Of a DNA stretch of 64,000 bases, positions 39,708 through 50,238 are shown piece after piece. Location: contig CAVPOM010000008.1 of the NCBI GenBank assembly GCA_963707025.1, forward strand, positions 116,560 through 180,559, given 5' to 3'. Under the pieces are notes generated by a model. The model saw only the letters and a program-made list of their open reading frames with translations, was not told the origin of the DNA and ran no database searches. Position 1 is the first letter of the stretch. The number at the start of each line of letters is the position of its first letter. The DNA is from an uncultured Verrucomicrobiae bacterium (GTDB lineage Bacteria > Verrucomicrobiota > Verrucomicrobiia > Limisphaerales > Palsa-1400). The translations under genes were made by a program, and so were the position numbers.

Positions 39708-40749
39708 TCAATTCCTTCGTGGAATGCGAATAGATGCAGTTTTTCCCTGCACGCGAATCTCAACTGGCGTCCAGGACAACTGGATGGTTTCCGGGCCAAC
39801 GTCCTCATGTTTTGCCATTTCTGTGAGCGAAGGGCGAATGTAGCGTTCCAGAAAAACGGACATGGTCTTGCCTGGCCTTGGATTCCAGGTGCGCCCAGGC
39901 ATCCGCACCGACATGGTGTTTGCCGCGGTTTGTTTTGAACGCTTCGATAAGCTCGTCTAGGCGCGGCGAAGGGGTCGGGTCGAGAACGATGAGCACGGGG
40001 GTCAAGCCGGCCGCGCCAGCTTCGCGGGGAAAGGACAGTTCTTCAGCGAAGCGGCCTTGACCGCTCGCCGCGATGGTGACGCGCAATTTGAATTCGTAGG
40101 CGAGGTGATGCTCACCGTCGTAGCAGTCAATCTGGCGGCCTTCGCCGGTTGGTTCGCCGCGCTCGTTCAGGCGTTTTACCGGCGAGTGCTTTGAGCCGAC
40201 AGCCTCACCGCCCAGACAACTGGCCAGCACCGGTTCAAATAAATATCCCGTTTCCTGCGCTGCCCGGTTGTCCAGGTCGAAAATCCATTTCCGCCAAACG
40301 AGCCACGAGGCGAGCAAGGCATCATCCACTCCGCCATATTCCAGCAGGCTGCGTGGACCAATTTGATTCATGGTGGGCTTTGGCTGGGTGGAAAGGATGC
40401 GTTGGTACTTGCGCCGACGTTTATGGAGGGTGGCAAGGTTCTCAAAGTAGAGGCGGAAGTCGGCCTCCTGCGCGGCACATGATGAGAGGCTCTCCAAAAG
40501 CAATGTCGCAGTTGGACAGCCAGCCTGGGGTGTTTGAAACCACGCAAGAGGAATTCGGAAATAATCGGCCCCGGGTGGAGCAACGGAGAGCTCCGGCAAA
40601 TGGGAAACAGACTCAGCCACAGCCAAATCGCGGCAGCATTGAGCCAGCAGACAGAACAACTCATTCTCGGAAAGCGCCACACGGTCATCCCCGTTTCCCA
40701 GAATTCTAGCGGCGCTGAAAGCTTTTTTGATTTCGGCGGAAACAGGCAT
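39708..40749 (-). CDS. Type II restriction endonuclease, ApaLI-like (frameshift near 39872)
   Basis: LHKRRRKY, WRKWIFDLDNRAAQETGYLFEP, RQIDC, YEFKLRVTIAASGQGRF match ApaLI as I remember it; C-terminus continues in ORF 39708..39914. Confidence 0.75.
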
Positions 40750-40755
40750 TGGTCC

Positions 40756-42123
40756 TCAAGGGTTGGGTTGTTCGAGCAAGTCCAATTGTTCGGTTCGGGA
40801 ATCTGACAATTCAGCCAGCAGAAATTCAGTTCGCGCCAGGGCCGGACTCATGCCTTCCGAGCGCGTCAGACTGAAGCGCAGGGCGGGGCGGGCAGCGCCC
40901 TGATAGCTGGGTTGGAAGCCGTAGGTCCGCACGATGTGCTCGGCAATCCTTCGCGCGAGCAAGGGAGGGATGGCGTTTCCAATCTGCTGGATTCGACTGG
41001 CGGCGCTGCCGGTGAATCGGAACCAGTCTGGAAACGTTTGCAGGCGGGAGCATTCGCGCAGCGTGAGCAAACGGTCTTCCGTCGGATGCACAAATTCGCG
41101 GGTGGCCGCGCCGGTAATGGTCAGACTTGGCTCGCCGGCAATGAGCCGCTTCAAGCCGGAGGGCGCCCCGCCGCGTTTCTCGACCGGCGTTCCATCCATC
41201 ACGCGGCGAAAGGCGCGCCGGCGAAAGGATTCATGCTGCAAGTCCTCAGGCAAGTCCTTCATGGTCTGGCCGGGCCGCAAGGCGCGCACGCGCTCCAACT
41301 GGATTCCTGACAGCGCGGGCGCGCAGTGGTCGGTGATGCTTTTTGCTGCTCCCCGCAAATAAGCCTGCAGTTCGTTGTGTGGCCGCCCGCCATATTCCAG
41401 CGCACGCTCCGCGTCCTGACTCGCTGGCGGGAGATCACTGGTGGCGGTCAGAAATGTGACTTCGCCTTTCCGAAAAATGCTGCCCGAAAACGGCGTGACC
41501 GGTTTGGGGAAAAGAAAATCGTGTCCCAGGCGATTGCCAACGATGAGCACCCGTTTGCGCCGCTGGGGAACCCCGTAGCCTTGAGCGTAAACCTTCTCGA
41601 CGTTGACGGAATACCCCGCTGCCAAAAACACCTCAACCGCATCCCGAATGTGCAAGCCACCCGCGTTGGTCAGGAGTCCCTCAACATTTTCCATGACAAA
41701 CCATTTCGGGCGAAGGCCTTCCAGCAAGCGGACATAATGGCAGAGCAGAAAGTTGCGCGGGTCGTCGCCGGACTTCACCCCCGCGCTGCTGAATCCCTGG
41801 CACGGCGGCCCGCCGAGCAGGATGTCCAGTTCGCCGTCATCCAGACCGATGCATTCCAGCAAGGATGCAACGCCCAGCTCCCGGATGTCTGCCGCCACAC
41901 AATGAGTTTTGCCAAAGTTGCCGCGGTAGGATTCAACTGCATCGGCATCAATGTCAGTCGCACACCGAATATCGTAATCCGCCTGTTGAAATCCGAGCGA
42001 ACAGCCGCCGGCGCCAGCGAACAGGCTAACCGCGGTTGGCCTGCAATGTCGGGAGTCCCGGTCGGTGAATGTTTTGACCAACTGCTTCACCGGTTTAAAC
42101 GCTTGATCGAAATTGGAAGGCAT
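40756..42123 (-). CDS. DNA cytosine-5 methyltransferase (M.ApaLI-like partner)
   Basis: LFAGAGG, GGPPCQGFS, MENVEGL, PQRRKRV, RECSRLQTFP, QIGNAIPP. Confidence 0.93.
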   Translation of the reverse strand: MPSNFDQAFKPVKQLVKTFTDRDSRHCRPTAVSLFAGAGGCSLGFQQADYDIRCATDIDADAVESYRGNFGKTHCVAADIRELGVASLLECIGLDDGELDILLGGPPCQGFSSAGVKSGDDPRNFLLCHYVRLLEGLRPKWFVMENVEGLLTNAGGLHIRDAVEVFLAAGYSVNVEKVYAQGYGVPQRRKRVLIVGNRLGHDFLFPKPVTPFSGSIFRKGEVTFLTATSDLPPASQDAERALEYGGRPHNELQAYLRGAAKSITDHCAPALSGIQLERVRALRPGQTMKDLPEDLQHESFRRRAFRRVMDGTPVEKRGGAPSGLKRLIAGEPSLTITGAATREFVHPTEDRLLTLRECSRLQTFPDWFRFTGSAASRIQQIGNAIPPLLARRIAEHIVRTYGFQPSYQGAARPALRFSLTRSEGMSPALARTEFLLAELSDSRTEQLDLLEQPNP

Positions 42124-42591
42124 CTCCCAGGACGGTAACAACAAGCAGGGGCCAGTGGCAAGCGCGGCGGGGCGGAAGCGGGAAACTTCAGGGAGCGGTC
42201 GGGGTGCGAGGACGGCAGGGCGGGGCGGACGGATCGGGTGCGGTTGGGCCGGGAGGGCGGCAGGGCGGCGCGGATGAACCCGGCTCCATTGCATGGAACA
42301 ATCCCTTGCCCATGAACCGGCTCCGCGCCTTGCACCCCATCTGCCAGGCCGTGATCCAATTGCGCCGCGGGGACCAGCGCGCCGCCGAATTGGGTTTCGC
42401 TCCGGCACGCCGGCACCGCAGCGCTCCGCCCTCCCATCTCTTGGGCTCCATCAAGCCAAATCAAGCCAAATCAAAGTAATTTTTTTTACAACTGCGCCTC
42501 TGCCGGCCGGCAAGGCGTCCTTCAACGGTGGGAGGGACTTTTGGCGGAGGCGGCTTGACTTGGGGGGCGGAGTTGGGATAGGGTCGCCGCC

Positions 42592-43575
42592 ATGAATCGC
42601 TGGTATATTCGAGTTTTTTTGGTGGGTCTGGCGGTAGTGCTGTTTCCGTTCCGGTCGCCGGCGCCGCTGGTCTATCGTCCTGGTGAAGGCTGGAGTTATG
42701 AAAGCCCGTCGGGCAAGGCGGTGGACTGGCACAAGCTGCGGGCCAAGGATCAGTTGGAAGTGGCGCAGGCGGCGTTCGATAAAAAGGATTACAAGCTGGC
42801 GATGAAAGCGGCGTTGCGCGTGGTGACGGTCTGGCCGTTGTCGGATTACGCGCCGCAGGGCCAATATCTGGTGGGGCGCTGCTACGAGGAGCACCACCAG
42901 GATGAGAAGGCCTTCAAGGCCTACGATCAGTTGCTGGGCAAGTTTCCGAAAATGAAGAGCGCGCAGGAAATCCAGGGCCGCCAATTCGAGATCGCCAACC
43001 GCTTTCTGGCGGGGGAATGGATCAAGCTGTTTGGCTATGTCCCGTTTTTCCCGTCCATGGACAAAGCGGCGGAGATGTATGGGGATATTGTCCGGTTCGG
43101 CCCGTATGGGCCTTACGGCCCGGCCTCGCAAATGAACATCGGGGCGGCGCGGGAAAAGCAAAAGGATTACCAACTGGCGGTGCAGGCCTATGAAACGGCG
43201 GCGGATCGTTACAGCGCCCAGCACGAAGTGGCGGCCACCGCGCTCTACAAGGCGGCGCTGGCCTGGAACAAGCAGGCGCGCAAAGCCGATTACGACCAGA
43301 GCGCCGCCGGCCAGGCGATTGCGTCGTTCAACGATTTTAAGGCGCTGTATCCCGGGGACCCGCGGGAGGCGGAGGCGAACAAGATCATTGCGTCGCTGAA
43401 ATTGGAGCAGGCGCGGGGCGATTTTTCCATTGCGCAGTTTTACGAAAAAAGCAAGCACTGGGACGGGGCGCTGATCTATTACAATTCACTGGTGCTCAAC
43501 GCCGCCGGCACGCCGCTGGCCGAGCAGGCGCGGCAGCGGATTGAGGCGATCCAGGCGCAGCGGAAAGGGAGTTAA
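42592..43575 (+). CDS. bamD: Outer membrane protein assembly factor BamD (TPR)
   Basis: Signal peptide, TPR repeats, DYDQSAA...FKALYP...IAQFYEK pattern; upstream of lptE. Confidence 0.8.
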   Translation: MNRWYIRVFLVGLAVVLFPFRSPAPLVYRPGEGWSYESPSGKAVDWHKLRAKDQLEVAQAAFDKKDYKLAMKAALRVVTVWPLSDYAPQGQYLVGRCYEEHHQDEKAFKAYDQLLGKFPKMKSAQEIQGRQFEIANRFLAGEWIKLFGYVPFFPSMDKAAEMYGDIVRFGPYGPYGPASQMNIGAAREKQKDYQLAVQAYETAADRYSAQHEVAATALYKAALAWNKQARKADYDQSAAGQAIASFNDFKALYPGDPREAEANKIIASLKLEQARGDFSIAQFYEKSKHWDGALIYYNSLVLNAAGTPLAEQARQRIEAIQAQRKGS

Positions 43576-43576
43576 G

Positions 43577-44080
43577 ATGCGCCCGCTGCTCCCCGCCGTA
43601 TTGGCCGCCGCCCTGGCCGGGTGCGCGGGTTACCACCTGGGCCCAAGCAACGGGCTGCCGGCGGGCAGCCGGTCGGTGCAGGTCCTCCCCTTTGTCAATC
43701 ATACCCGCGAGCCGCGCATTTCGGAATACCTCGGTTCGTCCATGCGCCGGCAGTTCCAGCAGGACGGCACCTTTCACCTGCAGACGGCCGGGACGCCGGA
43801 TCTGGAGGTGAGCGGGGAAATTATCCGGTTTGAACGAGGTGAACTTTCCTACGCCACCAACGATGTCTTGACGCCCCAGGAATATACGCTGATCCTCACG
43901 GCCAAGGTGCTGGCGCGGGACCCGGTCAGCGGCAAAACCAACCTGGACCGCCAGGTGCAGGGCCGGACCTATATTCGCGCCGGCAATGATCTGGCCAGCA
44001 CCGAGCGGGAAGCGATGCCCAATCTGGCCGAGGACCTGGCGCGCAACGCCGTTGCCATGTTGGTGGACGGGCCTTGGTGA
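43577..44080 (+). CDS. lptE: LPS assembly lipoprotein LptE
   Basis: Lipobox LAGC followed by GYHLG; VLPFVNHTREP. Confidence 0.8.
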   Translation: MRPLLPAVLAAALAGCAGYHLGPSNGLPAGSRSVQVLPFVNHTREPRISEYLGSSMRRQFQQDGTFHLQTAGTPDLEVSGEIIRFERGELSYATNDVLTPQEYTLILTAKVLARDPVSGKTNLDRQVQGRTYIRAGNDLASTEREAMPNLAEDLARNAVAMLVDGPW

Positions 44081-44084
44081 GAAG

Positions 44085-44993
44085 ATGAGTCACGCCAACG
44101 CCACGCCGGCTTTTGATCTGGAGGGTTATTTGAAGCAAAGAACCGCGGCGGTCAACCGCGCCCTGGACGATTTTCTGCCCTCGGCCGGATGCAAGCCCGC
44201 CACCATTCACCGGGCCATGCGGTATTCCCTGTTTGCCGGCGGCAAGCGGCTGCGTCCGGTGCTTTGTCTGGCGGCGGCGGAGGCCTGCGGGGGTTGGTGG
44301 CGGGAGGCGCTGCCGCTGGCCTGCGCGGTGGAGTGCATTCACACCTACTCGCTCATCCATGATGATTTGCCGGCGATGGACAACGATGATTACCGGCGGG
44401 GCAAGCTGACCAATCACAAGGTTTTTGGCGAGGGCATCGCCATTCTGGCCGGGGACGCGCTCTTGACGGAGGCCTTCGCCGTGGCCGGCAACTGCGCCGC
44501 GACCGCGCGCTACCCGCACCGGAGCATGTTCTGCGAACTGTGGGAGGCGGCCGGCTCGCGCCAGCTCATCGCCGGGCAGGTGGCCGATCTGGAGGGTGAA
44601 GGCAAGAAGACTTCCGCCGCGCAGCTTCGCTACATTCACGAGAGGAAAACAGCGGCGCTGCTGCGCTGCGCGGTGCGCCTGGGCGGGATGAGCGCCAATT
44701 GCCCGCCGGCCCAACTGGAGGCGCTGGGCGATTTTGGCCGCAACGTCGGGCTGGCCTTTCAAATCATTGACGATATACTTGACGTGACGCAGACCAGCGA
44801 ACAACTGGGCAAGACGGCGGGCAAGGACTCCAAAGCGCAGAAGGCGACTTATCCGGCGATCATCGGCCTGGAAAAATCCCGGAAAATGGCGGAGCAACTG
44901 ACGGGGCGGGCCTTCGCCGCGCTGCGGATTTTCAAGGGCCGGGCCGCCGCCCTGGAGGCGCTGGCCGGACACCTGTTGCGGCGGGACAGATAG
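44085..44993 (+). CDS. ispA: Farnesyl/geranylgeranyl diphosphate synthase
   Basis: GGKRLRP, HDDLPAMDNDDYRRG, FQIIDDILD, LGKTAGKD. Confidence 0.93.
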   Translation: MSHANATPAFDLEGYLKQRTAAVNRALDDFLPSAGCKPATIHRAMRYSLFAGGKRLRPVLCLAAAEACGGWWREALPLACAVECIHTYSLIHDDLPAMDNDDYRRGKLTNHKVFGEGIAILAGDALLTEAFAVAGNCAATARYPHRSMFCELWEAAGSRQLIAGQVADLEGEGKKTSAAQLRYIHERKTAALLRCAVRLGGMSANCPPAQLEALGDFGRNVGLAFQIIDDILDVTQTSEQLGKTAGKDSKAQKATYPAIIGLEKSRKMAEQLTGRAFAALRIFKGRAAALEALAGHLLRRDR

Positions 44994-45011
44994 GGCGGGG
45001 GAGGGGAGGAT

Positions 45012-45108
45012 TCTTAATCTTAATCTTAATCCTAATCCTAATCCTAATCTCCCTTCTCCGACCGAATTGAGATTAAGATTAAGATTAAGATTAGGATTAT
45101 GATTAAGA
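45012..45108. repeat. Inverted repeat built of hexamer tandems (TAATCY)n / (RGATTA)n between convergent genes
   Basis: Arms 45012-45051 and 45069-45108 are near reverse complements with a 17-nt loop. Confidence 0.9.
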
Positions 45109-45156
45109 GCGGGAGTGTGGTTGCGGCGGGGCGGAAGGAGACGGAGAGAAGGGGCG

Positions 45157-46161
45157 TCAGCGGGCGAAGATTTGGCGGATGACCTCTTCGATGGGGACTT
45201 CCTGGATGTCTATATCATTGACAGGAAGCTCGTCCAAAAGCTGCTTGCAGGCGGCGATGACCTGGTCGCGCTTGACCTTGAGCTGGATGCGGTTGGAGGT
45301 GTGCTGCAGCACCTGGCCGTAGCGCTGCAAGTCCACCTGGGGAAAATGGGCGCCGGTCAGCCAGGAAATGGAGACGATTTTGAAATCGGCGAAGCGGTCC
45401 AGCACCTCAGCCAGCCGGCCGTCGAAAAAGATCCGCCCCCGGTCAATGATGATGACGCGGCGGCACAGTTCCTGGATGTCGGTCATGTAATGGCTGGTCA
45501 GCAGGATGGTGGTCTTGCGGGTGGCGTTGTAATGGCGGAGGAATTCGCGCACGATTTTTTGCGAGACCACGTCCAGGCCGATGGTGGGTTCGTCGAGAAA
45601 CAGGACCCTGGGCTGGTGGAGCAGGGCGGCGATGAGTTCCATTTTCATTCGTTCGCCCAGGGAAAGCTCGCGCACCATCACGTCCAGTTTGTCCTGGACG
45701 GCCAGCATCTCGGTCAATTCCGCCACGGTGCGGGCGAAGAGGGCCGGGGCAATGCCGTAGATTTTGCTGTTCAGTTCGAGGGATTCCCGGGCGGGGAGGT
45801 CCCACCAGAGCTGGTTTTTCTGGCCGAGCAGGAGGGCGAATTGCCGGCGGTAGCCGTCCTGGCGCTCCCAGGGGACGTAGCCCAGGACGCGGGCGGAGCC
45901 TTGGGAAGGGTAGAGAAGGCCGGACAACATTTTGAGGGTGGTGGTTTTGCCCGCGCCGTTGGGGCCGAGGAAACCGACCAATTCGCCTTCGGCAATGGAA
46001 AAGCTGACTTGGTTGACCGCGACGGTGGGTTGGTATTTGCGATGAAACAGTCCGCGCACGGCCCCGGCAAAGCCGGGCTCTTTTTTGTAGGTGCGGAAGG
46101 TTTTGGTGAGGCCGGAAACCTCGATGACGGCGGAGGGCGGAGTGGGGATTGCGGAATGCAT
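45157..46161 (-). CDS. ABC-2 type transporter ATP-binding protein
   Basis: GPNGAGKTT, LSLGERMK, LFLDEPTIGLD, TSH. Confidence 0.92.
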   Translation of the reverse strand: MHSAIPTPPSAVIEVSGLTKTFRTYKKEPGFAGAVRGLFHRKYQPTVAVNQVSFSIAEGELVGFLGPNGAGKTTTLKMLSGLLYPSQGSARVLGYVPWERQDGYRRQFALLLGQKNQLWWDLPARESLELNSKIYGIAPALFARTVAELTEMLAVQDKLDVMVRELSLGERMKMELIAALLHQPRVLFLDEPTIGLDVVSQKIVREFLRHYNATRKTTILLTSHYMTDIQELCRRVIIIDRGRIFFDGRLAEVLDRFADFKIVSISWLTGAHFPQVDLQRYGQVLQHTSNRIQLKVKRDQVIAACKQLLDELPVNDIDIQEVPIEEVIRQIFAR

Positions 46162-46209
46162 GGTTGCCACGCCCAATTTTTCAGAAAATCGGCAATGTGC
46201 AATCCGCCA

Positions 46210-47574
46210 TTACCGCAGGAGTTGTTTTTCGAGGTAGTGGACGGCTTGGCGGACCTGGGCGTCCACTTCCATGCGGTCCTTGACCAGGCGGCAGGCGTGG
46301 AGGACGGTTCCGTGGTCCCGGCCGCCGAAGGCCTCGCCAATGGTGTTGAGGGAGCTTTCGGTCATTTGCCGGGCCAGGAACATGGCGACCTGGCGCGGGA
46401 AGGCGATGTTCTCGGGACGGCGCTTGCTGGTCATGTCGGCCAGGCGGATGTCGAAATGTTCGGCGACCTTTTTCTGGATGCAATCAATGTTGACGGTGTA
46501 ACGGCCCTCTTCATGGAGAACTTCCCGGAGCAAGCCCTCCGCGACTTGCAAGGTGAGTTTCTTGCCGGTGAGGGAGGCAAAAGAGGTGACGCGGATGAGG
46601 GCGCCTTCCAGACGGCGGATGTTGGTGCGGATGCGGTTGGCCAGGAAATTGATGATTTCCTCCGGCAACTCCACGCCCATGGCCTTGCCCTTTTTGCGCA
46701 AAATGGCCAGGCGGGTTTCGACGTCGGGCGGCTGCAGCTCGGTGACCAGGCCCCATTCAAAGCGGGAGACCAGGCGATGCTCCAGGTTCTGGATTTCGGC
46801 GGCGGGGCGGTCGCAGGTCAGGACGATTTGTTTATGGGCCTCGTGCAAAGCGTTGAAAGTGTGGAAGAACTCCTCCTGAATGCGTTCCTTGCCGGCCAGG
46901 AATTGGATGTCGTCAATCAATAACACGTCGGTCTGCCGGTATTTGCGGCGGAAGCGGACCAACTGGTTGTTCTGAATGGCGTCAATGTATTCATTGGTGA
47001 ATTTCTCGGAGGAGAGATAGGTGACGCGGGAGACTTTTTTGTGGGTGGCCACATGCTGGCCGATGGCGTGAAGCAGGTGCGTCTTGCCCAGTCCCACTCC
47101 GCCGTAGAAGAAAAGAGGGTTGTAGGATTTGCCGGGGGCCTGGGCCACGGCCATGGCGGCAGCGTGGGCGTGATTGTTGTTTTCGCCGACGACAAAGGTT
47201 TCGAAGGTGTTCTTGGGGTTGAAGGCGGCTTCGCGTCCCGGCGCGGCGGCCCGTTCCCCCGGTTCCATGATGGCCTTGGGCCTGGCTTTGCCGCTGCCGT
47301 CCGGGCTGGGGGCCAGGGGCGGCGCGTCTCCGACGCGGAACCTGATTTTCAAAATCTGCCCGGAAGCCTGGGCCAGGACATCGCGAATCAGCCCCAGGTA
47401 GTTGTCCTTGAGCCAGACTTCGCAGAAATCGTTGGCGACTTCCAGCACCAAGGTGTCCTCCTCCAGTCCCACGGCCTTGACCGGCAGGAACCAGAGATTA
47501 TAGATGTCCGGATTGAGCATGGCGCGCAAGGACTGCTGGGCCAACTCCCAAATCTTATCGACGGATGTTTGCAT
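46210..47574 (-). CDS. dnaA: Chromosomal replication initiator DnaA
   Basis: YNPLFFYGGVGLGKTHL, LLIDDIQF, RLVSRFEWG, FGGRDHGTVLHA. Confidence 0.98.
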   Translation of the reverse strand: MQTSVDKIWELAQQSLRAMLNPDIYNLWFLPVKAVGLEEDTLVLEVANDFCEVWLKDNYLGLIRDVLAQASGQILKIRFRVGDAPPLAPSPDGSGKARPKAIMEPGERAAAPGREAAFNPKNTFETFVVGENNNHAHAAAMAVAQAPGKSYNPLFFYGGVGLGKTHLLHAIGQHVATHKKVSRVTYLSSEKFTNEYIDAIQNNQLVRFRRKYRQTDVLLIDDIQFLAGKERIQEEFFHTFNALHEAHKQIVLTCDRPAAEIQNLEHRLVSRFEWGLVTELQPPDVETRLAILRKKGKAMGVELPEEIINFLANRIRTNIRRLEGALIRVTSFASLTGKKLTLQVAEGLLREVLHEEGRYTVNIDCIQKKVAEHFDIRLADMTSKRRPENIAFPRQVAMFLARQMTESSLNTIGEAFGGRDHGTVLHACRLVKDRMEVDAQVRQAVHYLEKQLLR

Positions 47575-47599
47575 TAGGTTTCAGTGCTGAAACCTCAAA

Positions 47600-47945
47600 A
47601 AGCGCCAATTATTCACCAGCATTTTCTCTGTCCCTGGTTTTCCCTCGTGGGCGCGCATGAAAAGATTCTCCTCGGATGGACGCGGGACGGAAGGAGGCGG
47701 TTGCCCGCCGCCAATCCGCAACGGTGTCTATAATCCGATTATAAGTAATTGATAATCAATATGTTGAAACATATCAATTGCGGCGCTCGCGTGAACTGGA
47801 GACACATTTTGTGTCATGGTGCTTTTTCTTGGTTCAGCTATGAGTGTTTTATTACACAATGGGGTTGTTTGGCTATCACAACATATTAAACGTTATTCCC
47901 GACTTATTCACATCAATAAAACCCTTTAAAAACAGGCTGTTTATC
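47600..47945. promoter_or_regulatory. dnaA upstream region / candidate oriC
   Basis: DnaA box TTATTCACA 47904-47912; one-mismatch boxes at 47609-47617 and 47850-47858; IHF consensus AATCAATATGTTG 47754-47766; AT-rich. Confidence 0.6.
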
Positions 47946-48010
47946 GGTGTCCTCCCCGGAGAAATTGCGCCGGGCATCAGGCGAGGCCCGGCGACAAGTT
48001 CCGCCTGGGA

Positions 48011-49423
48011 TTAGACGTCATAGTAGAGATGGAATTCGTAGGGATGAGGGCGCAGGCGCAGGGCGTCCACCTCTTTGCGCTTGGCCGCGATCCACATGTC
48101 CAGGAAGTCGGTGGTAAAAACGTCCCCTTTGAGGAGAAAGGCATGATCTTTTTGCAACAGATCCAGGGCCTCGCCCAGGCTGGAGGGGACTTGCGGGATT
48201 TTTTTGAGGTCTTCCGGCGGCAGTTCGTACATGTTTTTGTCCATGGGCTCGCCCGGCTCGATTTTGTTCAGGACGCCATCCAGCCCGGCCAGGAGCAGGG
48301 CGGCGAAGCAGAGATAGGGATTGGCGGCGGGATCGGGGGGCCGGTACTCAATGCGCCGGGTTTTGGGATTCTCACTGTAAGTGGGGATGCGGATGGCGGC
48401 GCTGCGGTTGCGGGCGCTGTAGGCCAGGTTGACGGGGGCTTCGTAGCCGGGCACCAGGCGTTTGAAGGAGTTGGTGGTGGGGCTGCAAATGGCGCAGAGG
48501 GCCTTGGCGTGTTTGAGGATGCCGCCAATGTAATAGAGGGCCATCTGGCTCAAGCCGGCGTATTCCTTGCCGGCGAAGAGGGGCCGGCCGTTTTTCCAGA
48601 GGCTTTGATGGGTGTGCATGCCCGAGCCGTTGTCGCCGAAGAGGGGCTTGGGCATGAGGCAGACGGTCTTGCCGTGGCGGCGGGCGACGTTTTTGATGAC
48701 GTATTTGTAAACCATCATGTTGTCGGCCGTCTTGACCAGGGTGTCGAAGCGGAAATCAATCTCGGCCTGGCCGCCGGTGGCCACTTCATGGTGCTGGCGC
48801 TCGATCTTGATGCCCAGTTGTTCCATGATCAGGCACATCTCGGTGCGGATGTCCTGCTGGGTGTCGTGGGGGGCGACGGGGAAATAACCCTCCTTGTGGC
48901 GGATTTTATAGCCGAGGTTGGGGGCCTGGTCCCGGCCGCTGTTCCAGATGGCCTCCTCCGAGTCCACCGAGTAGAAGGTGCCGTTGCATTGGGCGTCGAA
49001 CTGGACGCTGTCAAAAATAAAGAATTCGGCCTCCGGCCCGAAGACGGCGGCGTCGGCCAGGCCGGTGGAGCGGAGGTATTTCTCGGCGCGCCCGGCGATG
49101 CCGCGGGGGTCGCGGGTGTAGGCTTCCTTGGTGCCGGTCTCGGCGATGGTGCAGGTCAGGGAGAGGGTGGGCACGGCGCAAAAGGGGTCAATGAAGGCGG
49201 TGTCCGGGTCGGGCATGGCCAGCATGTCGGAGGCCTCGATGGATTTCCAGCCGCGGATGGAGGAGCCGTCAAAGCCGTAGCCCTCGGCAAAGGCCTCCTC
49301 GGTCAGCTCGGAGATGGGCAGGCTGAAATGCTGCCAGGTGCCGAAGGTGTCAACAAACTTAACGTCAATCATTTTGGCGCCCTGCTGTTTCGCCAGGGCC
49401 AAAACGCTTTTGGGGGTGTTCAT
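48011..49423 (-). CDS. glnA: Glutamine synthetase type I
   Basis: [45 protein letters not shown] adenylylation-site region. Confidence 0.97.
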   Translation of the reverse strand: MNTPKSVLALAKQQGAKMIDVKFVDTFGTWQHFSLPISELTEEAFAEGYGFDGSSIRGWKSIEASDMLAMPDPDTAFIDPFCAVPTLSLTCTIAETGTKEAYTRDPRGIAGRAEKYLRSTGLADAAVFGPEAEFFIFDSVQFDAQCNGTFYSVDSEEAIWNSGRDQAPNLGYKIRHKEGYFPVAPHDTQQDIRTEMCLIMEQLGIKIERQHHEVATGGQAEIDFRFDTLVKTADNMMVYKYVIKNVARRHGKTVCLMPKPLFGDNGSGMHTHQSLWKNGRPLFAGKEYAGLSQMALYYIGGILKHAKALCAICSPTTNSFKRLVPGYEAPVNLAYSARNRSAAIRIPTYSENPKTRRIEYRPPDPAANPYLCFAALLLAGLDGVLNKIEPGEPMDKNMYELPPEDLKKIPQVPSSLGEALDLLQKDHAFLLKGDVFTTDFLDMWIAAKRKEVDALRLRPHPYEFHLYYDV

Positions 49424-49495
49424 GGGGGAGGATGGGATTTTTTGGGGTTTAGCACGGACAGCCCCCGCCACGCGCCGGGCGGGAAGGGGCGAAAA

Positions 49496-49996
<501 letters not shown>

Positions 49997-50238
49997 TTAG
50001 TTAAGGGCGAGTCTTATTTTGAATTTTTGGGGCAAGATATAAAATTGTTCTTTGTTGCCCAATGGATTTCGGCGGCGGTTTTGTACAGGCTGCTGCCGGA
50101 AAACCCCTAAGACTACAGTTGTACTAAATTCGAAAATTCCCCGGGCTTTCAGGTCATCCCCTGACCTCTTAGCCCGGTTTTCGTTTTTTATGGGCCGGCG
50201 GCCCGGAGGGGGGCCGGCCTGCCAGATGAGGATTTGAT

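Noticed and set aside
42450..42475. ATCAAGCCAA tandem repeat (about 2.5 copies)
   Set aside because: Too short to support a function; no spacers, so not CRISPR.
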